A stretch of 60,499 nucleotides of DNA, taken from the NCBI GenBank assembly GCA_029061155.1, contig JAIDSQ010000151.1, positions 1 through 60,499 on the forward strand, given 5' to 3'. The DNA is from Clostridia bacterium (GTDB taxonomy: Bacteria; Bacillota; Clostridia; Christensenellales; Borkfalkiaceae). Below the pieces are notes generated by a model that saw nothing but the letters and a program-made list of their open reading frames with translations, searched no databases and was not told where the DNA came from. A program made the position numbers and the translations under genes. Shown in pieces: positions 27,514 to 37,090 of this stretch. How positions within the stretch are numbered: position 1 is the stretch's first letter; each line of letters begins with the position of its first letter.

Positions 27514-28434
27514 TTATTCCGCTTTTTCTATCTCGATGCCGAGCACGCCGTATTTTTGTTCCTGTTCTATTGAATAGTATTTGTACATGCTTTTCACTGC
27601 CTCGTCGACAGTCATATTCCCGCTTCCCGTTTTATCGAACAAATGCGAAGAGAACAGAGCTTTAAAACTGTCAAAATGGTGAAGGGCGGTGACTATGGCA
27701 TAGATAAATTCGGTATTGTCCTGTCCACGGAAGAAAAATATCGTATCTCCCACGTTTATCTTTTTGCGTTTTTCGTCGTAAAGGCGTATTTCAACAGTCT
27801 TTTGCCCGCTCCTGATATTTTCAAACGGCTCGTCCGCAAGGTGCATTACGGTTAAGCCTTCAAGCTCCAAATCGTTTTCCGCAACAAACTTTGCAAAATC
27901 TTCGACAAGTTCCTGATTATCCCCGGTTATCATTCCGTAAGCTTTAAGATAAATGTTATAGTCCTCCTCGCCGAAACAGCAAAATTCGACCGTGATATTG
28001 TAAACGGGATTTTCCGCCATCCACCCCAAAACGTTATTAAGCGCGATAAACGCGGCTTTCATTTTAGGAAAACCGTATGCGCCCGTAGATATTGCGGGGA
28101 ATGAAATGCTGCGGATACCCTTCGCTTTTGCAAGCTCTAAAGAATTAATGTAGCAATTACGTAAAAAGTCCGTATCCGTTTCAATGCCCTGATATACAGG
28201 CCCCACAGTATGAATTATATAGCGTGCTTTAAGATTATAGCCTTTGGTAATTTTAGCCTCGCCCGTTTCGCAACCGCCGAGAGTTTTACACTCGTTATAC
28301 AGTTCTCTTCCCGCGGCGCGGTGAATTGCTCCGTCAACTCCGCCTCCGCCGAGCAAAGACTTGTTTGCCGCGTTAACTATGCACTCGCAGTCCGACTTTG
28401 TAATATCTCCCAATACTATTTTTATACCGCTCAT
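27514..28434 (-). CDS. Macro domain (ADP-ribose-binding / O-acetyl-ADP-ribose deacetylase-like) fused to a C-terminal ASCH domain
   Basis: The N-terminus GDIT...IVNAAN..LLGGGGVDGAIH is a macro domain. The C-terminus IRSGQKTVEIRLYDEKRKKINVGD...GVLGIEI is ASCH-like. Confidence 0.75.
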   Translation of the reverse strand: MSGIKIVLGDITKSDCECIVNAANKSLLGGGGVDGAIHRAAGRELYNECKTLGGCETGEAKITKGYNLKARYIIHTVGPVYQGIETDTDFLRNCYINSLELAKAKGIRSISFPAISTGAYGFPKMKAAFIALNNVLGWMAENPVYNITVEFCCFGEEDYNIYLKAYGMITGDNQELVEDFAKFVAENDLELEGLTVMHLADEPFENIRSGQKTVEIRLYDEKRKKINVGDTIFFFRGQDNTEFIYAIVTALHHFDSFKALFSSHLFDKTGSGNMTVDEAVKSMYKYYSIEQEQKYGVLGIEIEKAE

Positions 28435-28599
28435 ATTTCATTCCCCTGATTTATACGATTTAGTTTATTTAATTATAAAATATATATTAATTTCCGTCAA
28501 GACTATCAGGCGCTTTCTTTTATTTGTAACGTTACAGATATTATGAAGACGCAATTGCTTTTTTGGCACTATTTTGGCATAATAAGATTATAATCTTTA

Positions 28600-30465
28600 A
28601 TGGTTTTTACTATGGCAGACAATTCACGGAAAATATTTAACAAAAAGGCGGCAAAGATAATTTTATGCGCCGCATTATATATCGCGCTTATACTTTTCAC
28701 GGGCAGTCTTTTCCTTTTAAGCGCGAATTACCAAAATGTCTATGAAAGCCCTACGGTTAGCGGAGGAAAAGCTGATTTTAAAGGAATAGAGATTTCTTCG
28801 CGCAGCGTTCCGTGCACTCTGACAGGCGAATGGGAATTTTTTTACAACCGCTGGATTGTTACCGACGGAGACGACGGACAAGCCGACGGAATGATAAACC
28901 TGCCCGCACTGTGGACGGGCCGCGACTTCGGAAACGGAAAACTTCCCAAATACGGTTACGCCTCCTACCGTCTTGTTTTGGAAAACGTTCAACCCGATAT
29001 CTATATAACCGTTTTCAGACACAATTCCGACGTTGCCTATCGGGTTTTTATTAACGGTCAACTCAACGTGCGCAGCGGTACCGTATCAAAAGATATCCGC
29101 GAGACAAAAGTTTCGGGCAGATACGACCAGAAAATTGCCTTTCACACTGACGGAAACCCGATAGAAATTGTAATCGAGCTGTCCGCCTGCACAAACGGCG
29201 GCTTTAACGTTTCACCCTGGCTGAACTACGACTGGAGCGGTGAAGTCACCTACGGGTCGCGCCTACGTTCCTTCACGCTTATTGCACTGGGTATTTCCTC
29301 CGCCGCCGTCGGCGTAAGTATTCTGACATACCTGTTTTTTAAGTATAAACGTGATATCACCGTCCCCGCGCTAATACTTACGCTGTTTATCCATTTTATC
29401 TGCAGTAAAGATATTATGTATGTATTCGCCCTGCCCTTTACTTTGACGAGAATTGTCGCGTTTTTCTCCGCCGCGGCAACGTTTATTGTATTTATCCTGC
29501 ATATGCGGCGGAACGGAATTGTCTACAATAAAACGGAATTATTAATTACAGGTATCTCGGCGGCGGTATTCACGGTTTTGCTTTTTACCCTATACGGTAC
29601 TCCGTATGCGCCCATTGCCGCGCTCCTTCTCATTATTACAGGTAGCCTGCACTTAATTCCCCTATCGTGCGCAAACAAACTGACTAATGCACAGCGCGTA
29701 CTATACAGCGTGTTTTTAACGTTGATTTTAATAATACTCATTGCCGAGCTTTGCGACGGACTTGGGCTGATAGTGTTCGGCATAGAGTTCTATTTTTCGA
29801 TAGTGTTAATGTTTATTATCGCTTGCTTTACTATACTCTGGCTTTGGAAAATAGCAACCGCCGCGCGTACGGCAGTCCGCGTAAGCGAGTTGGAATGCGA
29901 ACTCTTTTCAGCAAGAAACAAAGCGCTTAAAGCTCAGATAAAACCGCATTTCGTTTTCAACTCTTTAACGGCTATTCAGGCGCGTTACCGCAAAGGACTT
30001 ACCGATGGCGATAAAGCAATCGAACAGTTTGCAAGGCATATGCGACTTATTACCGACAGCGACAGCAAGGAAACGATAACCTTCGACGAAGAAGTGCGCA
30101 ACGTTTTAAACTACTTCGAGCTTGAAAATCTGCGTGCAGGCGGAAAGCTGAAACTTTTACTTGATTTAGACTTTAACGACTTTTCAATTCCCGTACTTTC
30201 CCTTCAACCCCTCGTCGAAAACGCCGTACGGCACGGCAACCTCAATGCTGTCGACGGTTTTATTCAGCTTTCGTCTGTAAAGAAAAACAATACGGCGGTG
30301 GTTACGGTAAGCGACAACGGACAGGGCTTTGACACCGCGTCCGTACACGAGGGCGTCGGGCTTGAAAATACGCGCAAACGGCTTGAACTTATAGGCGGCA
30401 AAATGAACGTAATAAGCTCGCCCGACTGCGGCACGCAGGTTATTATAGAAATTCCTTTGGAGTAA
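28600..30465 (+). CDS. Sensor histidine kinase: 7TMR-DISM-type extracellular and 7-TM modules plus a LytS/YehU-type His_kinase-HATPase core
   Basis: 621 aa. N-terminal TM, then an extracytoplasmic domain (GEWEFFYNRWIV...YASYRL), multiple TMs, KPHFVFNSLTAIQ (H-box) and a GxGL ATPase motif. Confidence 0.8.
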   Translation: MVFTMADNSRKIFNKKAAKIILCAALYIALILFTGSLFLLSANYQNVYESPTVSGGKADFKGIEISSRSVPCTLTGEWEFFYNRWIVTDGDDGQADGMINLPALWTGRDFGNGKLPKYGYASYRLVLENVQPDIYITVFRHNSDVAYRVFINGQLNVRSGTVSKDIRETKVSGRYDQKIAFHTDGNPIEIVIELSACTNGGFNVSPWLNYDWSGEVTYGSRLRSFTLIALGISSAAVGVSILTYLFFKYKRDITVPALILTLFIHFICSKDIMYVFALPFTLTRIVAFFSAAATFIVFILHMRRNGIVYNKTELLITGISAAVFTVLLFTLYGTPYAPIAALLLIITGSLHLIPLSCANKLTNAQRVLYSVFLTLILIILIAELCDGLGLIVFGIEFYFSIVLMFIIACFTILWLWKIATAARTAVRVSELECELFSARNKALKAQIKPHFVFNSLTAIQARYRKGLTDGDKAIEQFARHMRLITDSDSKETITFDEEVRNVLNYFELENLRAGGKLKLLLDLDFNDFSIPVLSLQPLVENAVRHGNLNAVDGFIQLSSVKKNNTAVVTVSDNGQGFDTASVHEGVGLENTRKRLELIGGKMNVISSPDCGTQVIIEIPLE

Positions 30466-30468
30466 AAA

Positions 30469-31251
30469 ATGAAAATTATCGTAGTGGACGACGAGTTATC
30501 GGCTCTGAATACGTTTTTACCGAACGTCGTCGACAGTTTAAACGTGGAATGTAAGATGTTTATGAACGCTCCGCGCTCGGCGCTCGAATACGTGCGGATA
30601 AATAAGGTGGACGCCGCTTTTCTGGACATTAAAATGCCGGAAATCGACGGTATCGACCTTGCCGAAAGAATGCTTGATTTAAATCCCGAAATCAAAATCG
30701 TCTTTATAAGCGCGTACGCGAAGGACGAAGAACAAATCAGAAAAAAGCTCAACGGACGAGTTGCGGGCTTTTGCCATAAACCCTACCGCAAAGAAACGCT
30801 TTCGGCATTGATTGCGGGATTCGGGCAAAAAGACAAGCCCGAAATCTTTTTGAAAACTTTCGACGCGTTCGATTTGTTTATAAACGGAGTGGCGGTTGAT
30901 TTCTCCTCGCGCAAAGCCAAAGAACTGCTTGCCCTTCTGACCGACGCGCGCGGCTCGTACGTTTCTATGGATACGGCAATAGGCAACCTTTGGGCGGATA
31001 AGCCCGCAGACTTAGGCAAAAGACTTTACCGCGACGCCGTTTGCAGGCTAAGGCTTACGCTTAAAGAAAAGGGTGCTGAAGAGCTTGTAACCTTTGAGCG
31101 GGCGCGTACGGTTATCAATACAGGCGCGGCAACCTGCGATATGTGGGACTTTATAAAAAACGGCGGAATATTTTCAGGCAGATATATGCCGCAATACGAT
31201 TGGTCGATAATAACCGAATCCATGCTCGAACAACTGAAAAATAAAAAGTAA
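30469..31251 (+). CDS. Response regulator, SAPR-type (REC plus winged-helix/BTAD-like output)
   Basis: 260 aa, MKIIVVDDE...LDIKMPEIDG receiver. The C-terminus FDLFINGVAVDFSSRKAKELLALL is a SARP-like DNA-binding region. Confidence 0.75.
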   Translation: MKIIVVDDELSALNTFLPNVVDSLNVECKMFMNAPRSALEYVRINKVDAAFLDIKMPEIDGIDLAERMLDLNPEIKIVFISAYAKDEEQIRKKLNGRVAGFCHKPYRKETLSALIAGFGQKDKPEIFLKTFDAFDLFINGVAVDFSSRKAKELLALLTDARGSYVSMDTAIGNLWADKPADLGKRLYRDAVCRLRLTLKEKGAEELVTFERARTVINTGAATCDMWDFIKNGGIFSGRYMPQYDWSIITESMLEQLKNKK

Positions 31252-31262
31252 AAAAAATTATA

Positions 31263-31294
31263 AAGCGGCGGACAAAACTGTCCGCCGCTTTTTC
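31263..31294. terminator. Bidirectional intrinsic terminator
   Basis: aagcggcggac-aaaact-gtccgccgctt followed by TTT. Confidence 0.8.
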
Positions 31295-31309
31295 ATTATC
31301 TGTAAGTGT

Positions 31310-34132
31310 TCAGATGAGGTATTTTACAGTATAATTGTCGGTATCCGTGTCCCAGCCATAGCCTTTTTGTATATTGTTCCAGCTGCTTGCCGACCCGTGA
31401 TAACTTATTTCCGTCAAGCTGCTGCAACCGTTGAAACAATTATTACCGATAATAGTTAACGTGCTTTGAATTACAATTTTCGTCAACCCAACACAATCCC
31501 TGAACGCACCGTTACCTATTGTCAGTTGGCTTAACGGGAAGGTTATGTTCGTCAGTTTTTTGCAGTTTCTGAACGCATAAAGTCCTATATCCGTAATGCT
31601 ATCGGGCAAATTAATGCTTGTAAGATTAATGCAGTTATCGAAAGCACTCTCCCCTATACTTGTTATGCCGTCGGGAAGAGTTACGTTTTTCAAAGCGGAA
31701 AAATCCGCAAATGCATTGTCGAAAATACTGTCCCCACTCGTAATTTCAACCGTTTCCAACGTAGATTTAGGCATAAAGCTTATTGCGTTTGCGGGAATAG
31801 TTGCATTTTTAATGGCACAGCCCTCAAACGCAGCCACTCCTATCATAATCACGCTGTCGGGGATAGTTATACCCTCTAACTTCGTGCGATATGCAAAAAC
31901 GCTGTCCGCGATGCCTACTGTATCACTTCTTAATGAAAGAGTTATCTTAGAATTATCATAATATACCGCCCACTTATCGGCATACATCACTCCGTTTTCT
32001 TTGGGCAAGGCGCTGCCCGTGAACGCGTTTTCGCCTATATACATTACGCTGTCGGGTACGGTTATGCCGGTTAATTTATTGAAGTCGGCGAACGCCGAAC
32101 CCGCAATACCTTTAGTGCCGTTTCTTAAAGAAACGCTTGTTACGGAAATACTTCCGCCCACAGCCCAATTGCCTACGTATCTGACTCCGTTTTCAACCTG
32201 TATTACTTCGTTGCAATTGCGGAATGCGCCGCTGCCTATACTCGTAACACTGTCGGGAATATTTATGCTTGCCAAGGAAGTGCAGCCGTTGAACGCGCTG
32301 CTGCCTATACTTGTAACGCCGTCGGGAAGAACCACGTTTGTCAAGGAAGTGCAACCGTAGAACGCGTTGTTGCCTATGCCCGTAACTCCGTCCTGAATAA
32401 TCACTTCCGTCAGAGTATTGCAACCGTAGAACGCACCGCTGCCGATACCTGTTATCTGATTGCCTCCGTAAGTAGTCGGAATAAGTATTTGAGTATCCGT
32501 ACACGTACCTATTCCCGTAACTGTCGAACCCGAGTATGTCAAGCCCTGTGAAGACTGTTGAGCCGCGCCGCACTGCGTACAGGCTCTGTTGCTGAAAGTA
32601 TGGGGAAGGGTGTCACCGTACTCGAATGTCGCCATTCCCATTTCGCCGCAGTAGACGCAGGATTTATAATAAAGTGCTTTTGTCGCGCATGTCGCCGCCG
32701 TTTTGAAATATTCGTCCTCGGCTTTTTCCTGCGTGAAGGAATGTCCAGTCCTTGTGTGGTTTTCGTCGGCTATAGTATTCGTTTGGGTACAGTTGTCGCA
32801 AGTCGCGGTTTTCGTGCCGTCCATTGTACAAGTCGCGTCGTTGTTGTAATTGTAATGAGTGAAACTGTGTCCGTTTGCCTCGCCGTACTCAAAGGTTGCC
32901 GCGGTATCCGCCTTACCGCATCCCGAGCAGGATTTATAATATACGGCTTTTTGCGTACACGTCGCCGCCGTTTTTAAGTAGTCCGTTTCAGCTTTTTCCT
33001 GCGTATAGGAATGTTCCGTCATTGTGTGGTCTTTATCGGCTATAGTATCCGTTTGGGTGCAGTTGTCGCAAGTTGCGGTTTTCGTGCCGTCCGCCGTACA
33101 GGTTGCGTCGTTATTGTAAACGTAATGAATAAAACTGTGTCCGTTCGCCTCGCCGTATTTAAAAGTTATTGTATCCGCCTCACCGCACCACAAGCAGGAA
33201 TAGTAATATTCGGCTTTTACAGTGCAGGTCGCCGCCGTTTTTAAATATCTGTCCTCGGCTACTTTCTCTGTAAATCTGTGTCCTTTGGCAACGCCGTATT
33301 CAAAAGTATCGTTTCCCTTTTCACGGCACTCCCCGCAGGACACGTAATAAACGGCTTTATCCGTACACGTTGCGGCGCTTTTAAGATATTCGTCGTTGGT
33401 TGATTTAAGAGTATAAGAATGACCTTTCGCTACGCCGTACTCAAAAGTCGCCGTTCCCTTTTCGCCGCATTCCGAGCAGGATTTATAATAAACGGCTTTT
33501 TCTGTACACGTCGCCGCCGTTTTTAAGTAGTCCGTTTCGGCTTTTTCCTGCGTGAATGTGTGCGCCGTCATTTTATGGGTCTCGTCGGCTATAGTGTCCT
33601 TTTGGGTACAGTTTTCGCAGGTCGCGGTCTTCGTGCCGTTTGCCGTACAGGACGCGTCGTTATTGTAAACGTAATGAATAAAACTGTGCTCGGCAGTATC
33701 TCCGTACTCAAAGGTTGCCGTACCTGTTTCACCGCATTCCGAACAGGACTTGTAATAAACGGCTTTCTTCGTACACGTTGCGGCGGATTTCAGATATTTT
33801 TCCTGTGCGCTTTCCTGAACATAGGAGTGTGCGGCAGTTTCTCCGTACTCAAAAGTTTCCGTACCCGTTTCACCGCATTTCGAGCAGGACTTGTAATATA
33901 CTGCTTTTGTGGTGCAGGTTGCCTCCGTCTTTAAATATTTTTCATCCGTAACTTCAATATAATTATGCGTATGCGAATCATCGTTCGGTTTATCCGGTTT
34001 CTCTACATTATTGGGAATATCCGGCCCGTCGCCGCCGTCAGGGGTTGAATCGCACGCGGCGAATAAGCTTAAGCACACCGCCGCACAAATCAGCAAAATT
34101 GTGCCAAATAATAATTTCAGTTTCTTTTTCAT
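31310..34132 (-). CDS. Large surface lipoprotein: about 10 tandem Cys-containing modules followed by BspA-type leucine-rich repeats
   Basis: 940 aa, signal peptide with ...LFAAC lipobox. Repeated YLK.AATCT.KAVYYKSCS.CGE.GT.TFEYG modules alternate with NNDA.CT..GTKTATC.NCTQ modules. The C-terminal half has ..IP..VT.IG..AF..C..L LRR_5-like units. Confidence 0.8.
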   Translation of the reverse strand: MKKKLKLLFGTILLICAAVCLSLFAACDSTPDGGDGPDIPNNVEKPDKPNDDSHTHNYIEVTDEKYLKTEATCTTKAVYYKSCSKCGETGTETFEYGETAAHSYVQESAQEKYLKSAATCTKKAVYYKSCSECGETGTATFEYGDTAEHSFIHYVYNNDASCTANGTKTATCENCTQKDTIADETHKMTAHTFTQEKAETDYLKTAATCTEKAVYYKSCSECGEKGTATFEYGVAKGHSYTLKSTNDEYLKSAATCTDKAVYYVSCGECREKGNDTFEYGVAKGHRFTEKVAEDRYLKTAATCTVKAEYYYSCLWCGEADTITFKYGEANGHSFIHYVYNNDATCTADGTKTATCDNCTQTDTIADKDHTMTEHSYTQEKAETDYLKTAATCTQKAVYYKSCSGCGKADTAATFEYGEANGHSFTHYNYNNDATCTMDGTKTATCDNCTQTNTIADENHTRTGHSFTQEKAEDEYFKTAATCATKALYYKSCVYCGEMGMATFEYGDTLPHTFSNRACTQCGAAQQSSQGLTYSGSTVTGIGTCTDTQILIPTTYGGNQITGIGSGAFYGCNTLTEVIIQDGVTGIGNNAFYGCTSLTNVVLPDGVTSIGSSAFNGCTSLASINIPDSVTSIGSGAFRNCNEVIQVENGVRYVGNWAVGGSISVTSVSLRNGTKGIAGSAFADFNKLTGITVPDSVMYIGENAFTGSALPKENGVMYADKWAVYYDNSKITLSLRSDTVGIADSVFAYRTKLEGITIPDSVIMIGVAAFEGCAIKNATIPANAISFMPKSTLETVEITSGDSIFDNAFADFSALKNVTLPDGITSIGESAFDNCINLTSINLPDSITDIGLYAFRNCKKLTNITFPLSQLTIGNGAFRDCVGLTKIVIQSTLTIIGNNCFNGCSSLTEISYHGSASSWNNIQKGYGWDTDTDNYTVKYLI
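32575..33964 (-). repeat. Intragenic tandem repeats encoding the Cys modules
   Basis: Nucleotide-level reiteration is visible, for example ggatttataataaa/tacggctttt...gtacacgtcgccgccgtttttaagtagtccgtttc recurring several times. Confidence 0.8.
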
Positions 34133-34272
34133 AGAAATCTCCCGATTTTCGGCATAAGCCGTTTATGTCAGAAAATTCTATCACCCGCCGCGCCAAAATT
34201 CCGCCAAACCCAAACGTTCGTTACAAAATATTTGATACTTTAATGCTGCCGACGCTCCTTGAATTTAATTGA

Positions 34273-35043
34273 TTATTCTCCGTATTTTATTGACAGCATA
34301 GCCTCGGTATCGACCGCCCACTCGTATTGCGGCAGATATCTTGCGGCAAAAATTCCGCCGCTTTTTAAAATATCCCAATAGTCGCACTCGGCGCGTTCGA
34401 CGTCGATAATCGCCCGCGCGCGTTCAAAGCGCACAAGCCGCTCTATACCGTTTTGCTGCAACGTAAGGCGCAGTCTGCACACCGCGTCGCGGTAAAGCAC
34501 TTTTCCGTGGTCATAGTCCTTATCCGCCCAAAGACAGTCGACGGCGGTTTCCATCTGAACGTAAGAACCGTTTGCGTCAGTCAAAAGCGCCAAAAGCTCT
34601 TTTGCTTTTGAAGAACTGAATTGCACCGCTTTTCCGTTAACGAATAAATCAAAGGCGTTAAAGGTTTTTATAAAGATTTTCGGCTTTATGTTAACTGAAC
34701 TTATAATTTCGTTGAAATTTGCGCTGTCAAAAGGCTTATCCAGAAAACCTGCAAGATTGCCTCCCAAATGCTTTTTAATTTGTTCTTTGTCCTGCCTGTA
34801 TCCCGAAACGATAATTATTTTAATGTTTCCGTCTGCCTCAATCATTTTTTTGGCTAAAGTTATACCGTCGACTTTAGGCATTTTTACGTCAAGTACGGCA
34901 ATATCGACTTTTTCTTTTCTTACGTAGTCAAGTGCGGCAAACGGGTCATCCTTAAACATTTTATACTCAATTTCACTATCAAGAACAATCGGCAGGAAAG
35001 TGTTCAGCGCCGCCAATTCATCATCGAGTACGATTATTTTCAA
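34273..35043 (-). CDS. Response regulator, SAPR-type, paralog of 30469-31251
   Basis: 256 aa, alignable end to end with the other regulator (MKIIVLDDELAALNTFLP..., KAKELLALLTDA.GSYV, LYRDAVCRLRLTL). Confidence 0.75.
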   Translation of the reverse strand: MKIIVLDDELAALNTFLPIVLDSEIEYKMFKDDPFAALDYVRKEKVDIAVLDVKMPKVDGITLAKKMIEADGNIKIIIVSGYRQDKEQIKKHLGGNLAGFLDKPFDSANFNEIISSVNIKPKIFIKTFNAFDLFVNGKAVQFSSSKAKELLALLTDANGSYVQMETAVDCLWADKDYDHGKVLYRDAVCRLRLTLQQNGIERLVRFERARAIIDVERAECDYWDILKSGGIFAARYLPQYEWAVDTEAMLSIKYGE

Positions 35044-36926
35044 CTGTTGTCCTCCTTAACGGGAATAACGACGGTTACGCGCGTTCCCTTGCCCTTATTA
35101 CTTTGTATTTCAACTTCCGCACCAAGAAGTTGTTTAAACCTCTCGCACGAATTTTTTATCCCCACTCCGCTTTGCGGCTGCCCGACATCAAAACCTATAC
35201 CGTTGTCCGCAATTTCTACTTTTACCGCGTTTTCGATACGCTCGCTCGAAATTTTTATATGGCCGCCCTTTACAGACTGCGTGTCCGCATATTTTACCGC
35301 GTTTTCCACAAAAGGCTGCAGGGAAAGCGACGGTACGGAAAAATTCCTTTCGTTTAGGTCTAACAGCAAATTCAACGCTCCGTCCGCACGCAGATTTTCA
35401 AGGTCGAAATAATTGAGCACGTTTTGTATTTCCGCATTAAATGCAATCAAGTCCCCGCCCTCCGACGCGTCAATATTTGAACGCAGATGCCGTGCAAAAT
35501 TCTGCAGCGCTACGTCGCCCTCTCCCAAATCCTTATGATACCGTGATTGAATTGCGGTAAGCGAATTGAAAATGAAATGCGGTTTTATCTGTGCCGCAAG
35601 CGTGCGCAGCTTTGTCCGTTCGACTTCGCGTTCAAGCTCGTTCATACGGATAAGCTTTCTTGCAAGATTGTATAGCCGTAAAAACGCCACTACGCTTTGG
35701 GCAAAGATAACGAGAGCAAGCAAGCCCGCAAAGATATATTCCATACCGAACGCAAGCAGTCCCGCGCCGTCTATGATTTCAAAAGTCAAAATGCAGATTG
35801 TAAGAAGATATATCAACAAATAAACAGTTTTGAATTTGGGCTGAATTTTCTTGCTTGCCGCCAGATTATACAGCGGAAACAGAGAAACAAACAGAAATAT
35901 TATTGCGGGAATAACGGTATAAACCGTTCCGTACAGTGCGCCGTATGCAATTGCCGACACCCCGCCTGCCGCCGCATAGGCAATCAAAAAATTTTTATTA
36001 AGACCGTCGCTCAGCTTTAATATATGTACGACAAATACCGCCGCGGTGAGTATGCCCGTAATCAGCGCGGGAATACATACCGCGCCGTAGCCGTAAAGCC
36101 CTATGGCTTTGGTCACGTCCTTACTGAAAAAGAAATGCAGGCACAGCGTTCCTATAAGAACGGGCAGGGTAAAATCTCTGTCGTAACGCATAAAGCCGAG
36201 CGTCATTATAAGAGCCGCGAAGAAAGTACCGGCAACAAGTCCGAGCATAACGACTACGAACCTTTCTATAAAAACCCAGTATGCCGACGGAGTCATTCTC
36301 TGACTGAGGCTCGGCGCGTGCGTAAGCCCTCCCGTTGCCGTATAGCCCGTCTCTATTACTATCGTTATGTCGCCGCCGTCCGAAATGCAATAGTCCACCC
36401 TCTCGGCGTTGCCCGAAGAAGTTTCACTGCCGTCCTTTGAAACGGTGCCGCTGACCGAACAGAGTTTACCGTTTACGAACATACGCAGTGCGACAACGGA
36501 GTTATCGGCAAAGCACGTAACGACTTCACCCGCAGGAAAATTTTTAACCGTCAGCCGGTATGAGGCAAAACCCGAGCGCGGAAGTTTTTCCCCGCCGACG
36601 GTTAACCCCGTCCACCTGCCGGGTACGGAAAGATATCCGTCGTTTTCCCCTTCGCCGCCGTCGGTTATTATCCAACGGTTGTAAAAAAATTCCCACTCGC
36701 CCGAAAGCGTGCGCGCGGTAAGTCTGCGGCTGCGGTTCAAATCTATTCCGCCGTAATCGACTGCGCCTTGAAAAACGCGCGGGGTATCATAAATTTCCTG
36801 ATAAAACACATTGAACGTGAAGATTGCGGCGACGAAAACGCAATAAAAGATGACTAACGAAAGAAATACGGAAAATGATTTAACCGAAATTTTATCTTTA
36901 AAAAGCCTTGCCGCCATAATCTTCAC
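35040..36926 (-). CDS. Sensor histidine kinase, paralog of 28600-30465
   Basis: 628 aa with the same architecture (SGEWEFFYNRWIITDG, KPHFIFNSLTAIQ). 4-nt overlap with its response regulator. Confidence 0.8.
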   Translation of the reverse strand: MKIMAARLFKDKISVKSFSVFLSLVIFYCVFVAAIFTFNVFYQEIYDTPRVFQGAVDYGGIDLNRSRRLTARTLSGEWEFFYNRWIITDGGEGENDGYLSVPGRWTGLTVGGEKLPRSGFASYRLTVKNFPAGEVVTCFADNSVVALRMFVNGKLCSVSGTVSKDGSETSSGNAERVDYCISDGGDITIVIETGYTATGGLTHAPSLSQRMTPSAYWVFIERFVVVMLGLVAGTFFAALIMTLGFMRYDRDFTLPVLIGTLCLHFFFSKDVTKAIGLYGYGAVCIPALITGILTAAVFVVHILKLSDGLNKNFLIAYAAAGGVSAIAYGALYGTVYTVIPAIIFLFVSLFPLYNLAASKKIQPKFKTVYLLIYLLTICILTFEIIDGAGLLAFGMEYIFAGLLALVIFAQSVVAFLRLYNLARKLIRMNELEREVERTKLRTLAAQIKPHFIFNSLTAIQSRYHKDLGEGDVALQNFARHLRSNIDASEGGDLIAFNAEIQNVLNYFDLENLRADGALNLLLDLNERNFSVPSLSLQPFVENAVKYADTQSVKGGHIKISSERIENAVKVEIADNGIGFDVGQPQSGVGIKNSCERFKQLLGAEVEIQSNKGKGTRVTVVIPVKEDNS

Positions 36927-37090
36927 CGTTCGTAGAAACTATTTGTATTTTATCATTTTCACCTCTTTATTTCAAGCAAAAGAATATTCCCGTCGACCAT
37001 TAATCTTTTGGCAAAACCTTCCGTTTTAACGCTTTTTTTACGGTGCCTTTGTTATAATGCAGAAAATTGTTATTACAAAAAGGAGATTTT

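Noticed and set aside
31596-33951. Numerous 77-139-aa alternative-frame ORFs on both strands within the 940-aa LRR gene
   Set aside because: They are by-products of the repetitive sequence. Each is fully nested in the long, motif-rich minus-strand reading frame.
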